15,291 nt of DNA. Origin: Azolla caroliniana. Lineage: Eukaryota; Plantae; Polypodiophyta. The translations under genes were made by a program, and so were the position numbers. The stretch spans positions 1-15,291 of the forward strand of contig JBHGNT010000805.1 of assembly GCA_043228905.1 (NCBI GenBank). Direction: 5' to 3'. The notes beneath the pieces are model-generated. The model searched no databases and was not told the origin of the DNA. It saw only the letters and a list, made by a program, of their open reading frames with translations. Positions 8,280 to 15,291 of this stretch are shown here, piece after piece (positions within the stretch are counted from its first letter, which is position 1; the number at the start of each line of letters is the position of its first letter).

Positions 8280-8637
8280 ATTAGATAAAAAACTAAAGTT
8301 GCCTTGGAGCTCATATACATCCAATAAGAACAAATTTCAAAATCTCAAATAGGAACAAAATGTACAAGCTACAATTTGTAGTCAATGGAAGAGACTACAT
8401 TGTGTTATAACCATCCACCACATAACCAAAAGGAGAGTTACATGTCACCATCAACACCAATCAAAGGAATACATAGTATTCTAAATGGTTTTGAAAGACA
8501 TGTTATAGTCATGACACTCGAGCTTTTGTAACCATATCAATTAAAAATAAAGGAAATAATATTACTTGCGTAGACATTTGGAAGACACGTAATCTAAGTT
8601 GGTCGTGAGTCATGACATTTTTTTTAAACAAAAAAAA
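8280..8637 (+). mobile_element. Possible second, highly decayed LINE/SINE 3' end in the opposite orientation
   Basis: Ends in ggtcgtgagtcatgac (8601-8616) followed by a T/A-rich tail. This is the same terminal motif as the minus-strand relic at 6784-6798. Protein similarity upstream is only faint, and the left boundary is approximate. Confidence 0.35.
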
Positions 8638-9214
8638 CACTACTTATCACGACATATTAATAGAAATGATGTTTAAACTGTCCTCTATAGTTAAGCATGC
8701 CAAATCTACCAACAAACTTTTATGTGCCCTTGTATTTTAAGTACTTTCAAACATTAAGTACTTTCTTATCTTTAAAAAATGGGTGCTTTTTAGTTGAGCT
8801 TTCCTAGAAACTACTTTCGTGTGCTCTTGAATTTGCAGATTGATTTTGCTTGTGGAGTGCAAGCGGTTCGCTTGTAGCCCACGTAGATTAGATGCATGCA
8901 TGATGCACACCATATTGGAATTTGTATCTTAGATCTGACTTGACCAAACATTGGATTCTTGTCCATTTGGGATAACTTCTAAATGCAATAATAGGCAAAA
9001 AGAAAGAAATTCTATTACCAATAATTTGATATGGGATTTATCAAAAACTCAGCTAATATGTGATAGTACGGTTCCTTTGATAAAGGGTTCTCACAGATTG
9101 TACAAGTTGAATCCTTTGACAAAGCCTAACTATGATCTAGGGTTGACACAGTTACTTGTTCGCGAAGTGGAAGTTCACTTAGAAGGCATCACCAAGCCTA
9201 TTGCAAAAGACTAA

Positions 9215-9720
9215 TTTTTTTTCTCGATAAAACATATGCTCCATTGGTATTAATAAAAGGCCCGGAGGCAGTATACAAATAGTACATAATATTGTTTCAT
9301 CTCCACAAATATATATTATAAAAAACAAGACCAAATATAAGCTTTGGCATTTATCAAGATACTGCTAACTCAGCCTTGTCACTAACACCTTTACCAGGTA
9401 GAAGACCACATCTAAAAACGAAAACAATGTCCAACGTAGTTGTCCACCCTAGCTGGTAGTTTGAAAACTTCTTGTTCGCCTTCTATGAGTATCCAGCTTT
9501 TCGATGGTTCAATCCCACAAAGACCAACAACTTTGAAGGAGAGGAGTACTTTCACAAGAAAGCAGTACTTTTCTATCTAGACCTTCTATCGAATACTTCA
9601 CTCTTTTGATTTGAGCTAGTCGAACAAGTTTGAGGCCTTTTAGGAAGCCATAAAGGACATTTCGTTGGATTCAACATATCAATTTGCCACTTATTGGCTA
9701 TTCATATTTTGAAACATAGC
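9215..9720 (-). mobile_element. Possible 5'-truncated L1-like retroposon remnant with a poly(A)-type tail
   Basis: Minus strand ends ...cttttattaataccaatggagcatatgttttatcgagAAAAAAAA (A8 = T run at 9215-9222), resembling plant L1 3' ends. The body is more GC-rich than its flanks. No TSD or clear protein motif was found, and the right boundary is approximate. Confidence 0.3.
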
Positions 9721-11169
9721 ATAACACGTTACCTAGAACTACATAGTATGCAAATGCAAGAATTCTATTTTTATAATAATAATAATAATAATGTTAGATC
9801 ACAATAGAAGTAAATAACATGCTTGAAGTTTGACTGTTACCATAGTAAGAAGTAGGTGTATGACCAAGAGATGTAAGAAGTAGCTACATGACCAAGAGAT
9901 AATAACAATCGTCCATTTATTTCGCTTGTAAATAATATTGTGAAGGCAACCCCTATAACCATGTACACTAAAGACAAAGAGATGAAAATGATATTTGACT
10001 TATTTTATATGTAACATAATATTTTGATATTGTAGATTTTAACATCATTTAGTTACCTAATGGATAGCTCCATAAATAAGGAGCCTCATGGATTTACCAA
10101 ATACCAACAATTGGGGAAATTTAATGGGATTCAAAACCTCAAACTAAAAAAACTTTGGCCAGTCTTTCACATCTATTAAAGCCCAAGGTCCTAAAGCAGC
10201 CAATACTTTACTAAGTCTTTGAAATTTAGGCATTCAGCCATTGAAAGTCTGCACACATAAATAGACATACTTTGTAAATTTTCAGAAGGATAAACATAGG
10301 ATTTTCACAATTATCCTTTGCAATAGCTCCAAACATGATATCATTTTAATGTAATTCAGATTTTTTGAAATGTAAAATGCAGGAGTAGTTAACTGAACAC
10401 ATAAAGCAAATTTAGATGTACACAAAAATATAGGAAATCTTCATTAAGAGAAAAGAAAAAATTATTAATTATAATACATAAAAAAGGCGCTTCCCCAACA
10501 TATGGTTAAACTACCTTCTGCTTTATAAAATGTGGATTGGATTGCAATTTGAAACCAGTCGTGGCTATTGTCATTCATGACAAGTCCATGTTTCTTTCCT
10601 CTCATTCTGACATTTCAACATGATTACTATTACCTAAATCAAACATTCTCATCTGATACTATGAAGCATTGTACCTTTCAACTTTCTACCTTCCCACACA
10701 TATTCTTTGTATACTCTATCCAAAAAGATAAACCGAACAAGAGCACTTGCCATAAAAGCGAGCCATTTAAGATAATGTAAGTCATTTATGAGTGCTTAAT
10801 TATTTAAGATAGAGTTCAATCCTGTTTTGGTTTAGAAAAAACGCTTAGCAATGGGCTCAGTAAGTGTTATCTAGTGAGTTGTAACTGAAATCACTTGTCT
10901 TTTAACTAGGCAATCATCTCTCCAAAAGCCCAATATCTGTATGAGACTACACAAAAGTTTGTAAACGAAGAGGAAAAATTAATTGCAAATTCACTCACCT
11001 AGTACAAAGACTTTTAGTCCATGGAAAATTTTCTTTTGAATAGTTCATCACAGTCAAGTTTTGAAAACCTTGAGCAGTTCTCAAAATCATAAGCAAAAAA
11101 AACCAACATCTCTGTTTACAAGTGATTGTTCCTCATACTTAAAGATATTAATTATTATTATGCTGATTC

Positions 11170-11217
11170 TTAGGTCGTGTATCTTGTGTTGACTTTCCCA
11201 GCTTTTTTGGCATCCTC
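11170..11217 (-). CDS. eIF4E: eIF4E exon 5, coding part (48 nt including TAA)
   Basis: Follows a 90-nt intron (11218-11307) ending ttttacag|. Encodes [15 protein letters not shown], matching the plant eIF4E EDAKK...RY.. terminus. Confidence 0.94.
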   Translation of the reverse strand, partial: EDAKKAGKVNTRYTT

Positions 11218-14200
11218 CTGTAAAATTATGTTGCTCGCCATCACTCCCAATTGGATCGCATTGTGTATAACAAGAACGTAAAATTAAGACATTCAAGAAC
11301 AACTTACGTGAGCAATGAAACCGATACTATCACTGTAATCTAGGAATTCTTTCCACTGCTTGCCAATGCTCATCTGAAAAGAGAGTAATCAACATTAGCA
11401 TCACTGTAATCATATGCGATAACATCTAGCCTTTGAGACACAGTTTACTTTTCAAAATTTTGTTCTCGTAAAAATAAAATAGGTCTCTCACTTTACAAAG
11501 GGAAAACACTACTAGACCTCACCAATATACCCTAGATATTTATAAATTACATGAAATTCCATTATTGGTGATTAAAATCGTTTATTAACCATTCTAATTG
11601 TCATAAATCTAATTTTTGTCATGAATTACAAATTAGCTAATGATAAATGAAAGATACAAGTTTAAAAAGTAATTTTCAAATGATGCCGTGATATATCCTG
11701 GTAAATCCTTAGAAAGTTAAGGGCCTATTGGTGTTTTTCCTCTCAAGAGGGATAGGCAGAGACACACATGAAGATGCGAGCAGAGACATTTATGAAAAAT
11801 TACATACCATATCTACAAGTATATATAGAAGTACAAGAAAATTAGGAAATAATCATTCAATAATGGTTCTCAGCCATTCATCTAATAACGTAAACCCTAA
11901 TATTAACTAATCATTCATTATTTTATCTGGAGAAAGCAATGTGTATTAAAACAAGCTTTGACTCCATTCAATTTTGCAAATTAGTCTCTACTTGAGACTC
12001 GTAAACTGTTCATTTAGAATAGAACTAAAATGCAAATTGAAACTCTTAAAATGTCCCAGAACGAATGATTTGTTCAGGGTTCATATTAACTACTGTTTCA
12101 TTCCAATGGCCATTGGTATAAAAAAAGATATACTCTAGAAATCTGTTCTGGATAATCAAATGGCTACCTTTATTAACTTCAAAGCTCTTCGTGGGCCATT
12201 TTTCATCTTGCCAAATCCTTATGGAAGTAGTTAGCATACCTGTGCAGCCTCATTGGATGCGGTCTTGGTCCACAAAGAAATCCTGTCTTGTCTGGCTCTT
12301 ATACTCACAACAACGCCACATATTTCATCCCCTTCAACAAATTGTTCTCCAATTAAAGCCAAAAGCTACACAAATTAAATCATCTTCATTAGTTCATATA
12401 AAGAAACCAATGAACCATCTTACTAGTATAAGAATAAGAGGTCACACCATGACAGATAAAAACTTAGCATGGAAGGACAGTAAATCCCTTCCAGACACCA
12501 TTAATCAACAGGGAATCAGGATAAAAATACGAGGTCAAACCATGCCAGACAAAAACTTAGAAACGAAGAACACTGATCACTGAATTCCTCCCAGATGCCA
12601 TTAATCTACTAGAAATTCACAAAACATCATGGTTATGTGTTGAAACTTTAAGTTGTGTAAATATTGAGATAGTTGCATTTTTTCTTCTGGTTATCATTTT
12701 AATTGTTGTAGGAGTAAATTTGTCTTATCTGCTGCAACCTATGCAAGGCAGAGTTTTCCTGATATAATTTTTTCAGACATATAAGAAACTAATATTCCTA
12801 ATATGTCATTTCCATTAATTTTTTATTCTGAACATTTTAAGCATGAATATAGGACCAAACCGTGGGGACTATTTAAATGCTGAAAATTTCATCTTAGGTG
12901 TACCATACTTTCTAGGTTTTAGGATGCAATATGAATGATGGTATGATATCTGAAATTTCAGGTAGGGGTCCTAATTAGACTTCTTTGTACTCATTTTGAA
13001 TCAGCTAAGCGGCCTGTACCAAGTCTTCTTTCTTCTAACTGATGTCTTTGATGGCATTTACAACCAGACTACCCTGGGCTTGCATCTGAAGACAAGGCAT
13101 AACAATTGTAGGACTGTGTCCCATAAGAGACATCAAACCATAAAGTGATTTACAACTTTGTGCAATCCTAGCCTACAATCAAGGCTTGACACTTCTTTAC
13201 ATTCGACTGGGCCCACAGTGCACAACTCCATGCTGGAACATTGAGCATCCTTCTCAACCACATGCTACCCTAGATCCCTCTTTACACCATTTACATAGCA
13301 CACAATGAGACTTTCCAATACATTATCCAGTCCAAGTTAGGTTTGTATCAAATAAGCTTAGGGCTGTCACCGTCTTTACCAAACTACAAAGCTAAGAACA
13401 TCTTGAAGTAAATGGTGGATACCATTTCCATTGTCAACAATACCTGGAGCTATGTGTTTGATGCCATGAATACACTGAACCCTGGAGAGGTGTGAAGCTC
13501 TCATCTAGGAGGGATAAGAAAACAAAGGCTTTGCGTTTATTTTGACGGATATTGATCCCATAACTATTCAAGTAGAGAATACCATGCTCATTCCTTGTGG
13601 TCGTAAATGACCAATTATTCAAGGACAAGTCATTTGCACATGTCTTATAAACCTATCATCATTTCGACGCAAAGGAACGAAGTAAGATTGATCTAAATTC
13701 AAGAATTAAAAGCAGGATGGATGTCAACTAAGAACTGGCAAATAAAGTTTTGGTGATTGAATCCATAAGCATGCATGGATGTGCATTCATAAATCATTAT
13801 GATCAAGAGACTCGAGACTAAATTGTAGATTCCATGACATCCCATTGGGTGATATCAATGAGGCGAGATCCCGATCTTCTAATCTTCATGTAATCAACAA
13901 GATCCAAAAGCAATCAGAGGTGGCCCTAAATACAATCGTGGTGGTGGTCATTTGTTTGGGGGAAAGGGAGGGGGGGGGGGGGCTTGTATGCTTCTTACGA
14001 GTTACAATTCTGACATGAACATAACCTGGAAAAAGTAAATCCAAGAAATGACCACTAACCCTATGTTATCTCAATTTAGTAAATGAGATACATATGAAAT
14101 CTCAATTCAATTTCAGCTCTTAAAGTGTTTCATGGTAAATGTGAAAAACATTGCATAAGTCATTGTTCTCTTTTTGGCTCTTCCAATACACTAAGACAAC

Positions 14201-14670
14201 CTCCTCTCTCTCTCTCTCATAACAGGTTGACTATAGTGATAAGTTATTAACACAATTAATGGGTTCAAATCCCTATTCACACATCTCTGTCACACCATAT
14301 CACTTTTTCCTCAAATACAAACCCACATTGAACAAAAAACCTCACAGACTCCAACCAGTTTACTCAAGCCATGTCAACTATAGCCCAATTGGAACCCTCT
14401 CCCTGTGACTGGTCATTTTATTCCCTCCAAATACATTGATATAATCTCACTCACTCCTCTTCTTCTCTCTGTCTCTAAATAAGTTTTAAGTCGTGAAATA
14501 CCGTATCAAGCCAATATGAGTCGATAAGCTTTCCACGATTGCAAACAATTGTCCATTTTCCACCATTGCTACATTTTGGATCCTCCCATTGTGGAGAGAT
14601 GCCTTCCTTAAAGCAATGAAAATCTGTTCCCTGGATTAGACGGCTCGGCTGAACAACATTGTTGTACAAA
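11170..14670 (-). CDS. eIF4E: Eukaryotic translation initiation factor 4E (class I cap-binding protein), 5'-partial: complement(join(11170..11217,11308..11373,12240..12365,14502..14670))
   Basis: Spliced product of 135 aa: [135 protein letters not shown]. It has the cap-binding WED motif and the GGKW, LIGEQF, DEICG and LWTK motifs. Intron positions match the conserved plant five-exon layout. Exon 1 lies beyond 15291. Confidence 0.97.
11308..11373 (-). CDS. eIF4E: eIF4E exon 4 (66 nt)
   Basis: Branch-like gctaat, acceptor ctcttttcag| and donor CAC|GTAAGT. Encodes [22 protein letters not shown]. Confidence 0.96.
12240..12365 (-). CDS. eIF4E: eIF4E exon 3 (126 nt)
   Basis: Acceptor ttgtgtag| and donor CAG|GTATGC. 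Encodes LLALIGEQF...ASNEAAQ. Missed by the ORF track. Confidence 0.96.
12415..12615. repeat. Tandem duplication (93-100 bp period) in eIF4E intron 2
   Basis: 12428-12467 vs 12521-12560 match at 35/40 nt. aatcccttccagacaccattaatcaac (12483-12509) aligns with aattcctcccagatgccattaatctac (12583-12609). Confidence 0.9.
13958..13982 (+). repeat. G-rich tract G5-AAA-G3-A-G13
   Basis: Read directly; in eIF4E intron 2 on the template strand. Confidence 0.85.
14502..14670 (-). CDS. eIF4E: eIF4E exon 2 (169 nt)
   Basis: Acceptor ccttgcag| (AG at 14672-14671, phase 2) and donor ACG|GTATTT (GT at 14501-14500). Encodes LYNN...[14 protein letters not shown]...WLDT. Confidence 0.96.
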
Positions 14671-14779
14671 CTGCAAGGCAAAATCAATAAGAGAAGCATC
14701 ATCAACATGCAATTCAGAACTTTGGCTCAAAGATACCTTAATATAAAACTATCGTAGAGTCTTCAAAACTATGAAGATT

Positions 14780-15291
14780 TTGCCCTCATACATCATTTCT
14801 CACAATACACACTCGCCTTTTTCTCATATATATGATTCTCTTCTACTTCCGTGTTATAGATCATTTCTTGCACCACAACCTAAATGTTTTGTACATGTGA
14901 GACTCCTTCTTCCTTCCTTTCTTTTCTTTCTCTTTCACTGCAATTCTTTCCTTCTTGCAACTCAAACAGCAAGTTGTTTTATATGCTACACACTGCATCA
15001 TATATCCTTTTTTACACACAAACTGAGTATTTCTTTAGGAGATGATTCTCTTCCTCTTTCTTTCAATGGTTTAACTTTCTTCTTTCTTTGATCCCTTCTC
15101 TCATAAGTGATTTTCTTCCTCTGTATTTCTTTCTATGGATTCTCTTTCTTCTTCATTCTTCGGCTCTTTCTTTTATGTGAGATTCTCTTCTTTCCACTCA
15201 CAGATAATATCTTGCACCACGAGCAGAAAGTTCTTTTATATGATAATTTCTTCTTCGTTCCTTCTCATTGAACATTTCTTGAGCCACGAAT
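14780..15291. repeat. Degenerate pyrimidine-rich tandem repeat (about 65-90 bp unit) in eIF4E intron 1, running off the window edge
   Basis: gattctcttc recurs at 14834, 15044 and 15181, with variants near 14900, 15109 and 15138. tcttgcaccac recurs at 14866 and 15210, with variants near 14954 and 15278. Confidence 0.7.

Noticed and set aside
11892-11900. Telo-box AAACCCTAA in a translation-factor gene
   Set aside because: Single copy deep in intron 3 rather than near the TSS; compatible with chance.
12191-12583. 130-aa plus-strand ORF with an internal repeat ([13 protein letters not shown] / [13 protein letters not shown])
   Set aside because: Antisense to eIF4E exon 3 with a GTG start. The peptide repeat simply reflects the intronic DNA duplication.
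12980-13640. More GC-balanced intronic segment including ORF 13434..13628, possibly a TE relic
   Set aside because: No convincing protein motif, termini or TSD found by eye; needs RepeatMasker or tBLASTx.
14671-15091. Hydrophobic N-terminus of ORF 14475..14708 and ORF 14771..15091
   Set aside because: Intron 1 sequence: the polypyrimidine tract before the acceptor at 14671 and the degenerate tandem repeat. The true eIF4E exon 1 is outside the window.

Overview
Eukaryotic land-plant genomic DNA: AT-rich, GT-AG introns, microsatellites and decayed retroelements. A non-flowering lineage such as a fern is my inference, not proven. Two spliced genes lie on the minus strand. (1) A complete TAPETUM DETERMINANT1 (TPD1)-family secreted cysteine-rich protein gene, model complement(join(2158..2456,3635..3811,4355..4471,4851..4857)), 199 aa, or 182 aa from Met at 4427. 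It encodes a signal peptide, a pro-region with an RRxL motif and a 6-Cys TPD1 domain. (2) Exons 2-5 of a class I cap-binding translation initiation factor eIF4E gene, complement(join(11170..11217,11308..11373,12240..12365,14502..14670)), with exon 1 beyond the right edge. The rest holds a Ty3/gypsy integrase relic, non-LTR (LINE) relics, several intronic tandem repeats and G-rich tracts. Most ORFs in the supplied track are spurious or partly intronic. I found no CRISPR, RNA gene or demonstrably new biological system. The best leads are regulatory: a 7-nt coding first exon with alternative starts and an overlapping uORF in the TPD1-like gene, a candidate S1P processing site, a mosaic eIF4E/eIFiso4E sequence, and a candidate NMD-inducing 3'UTR intron in eIF4E.
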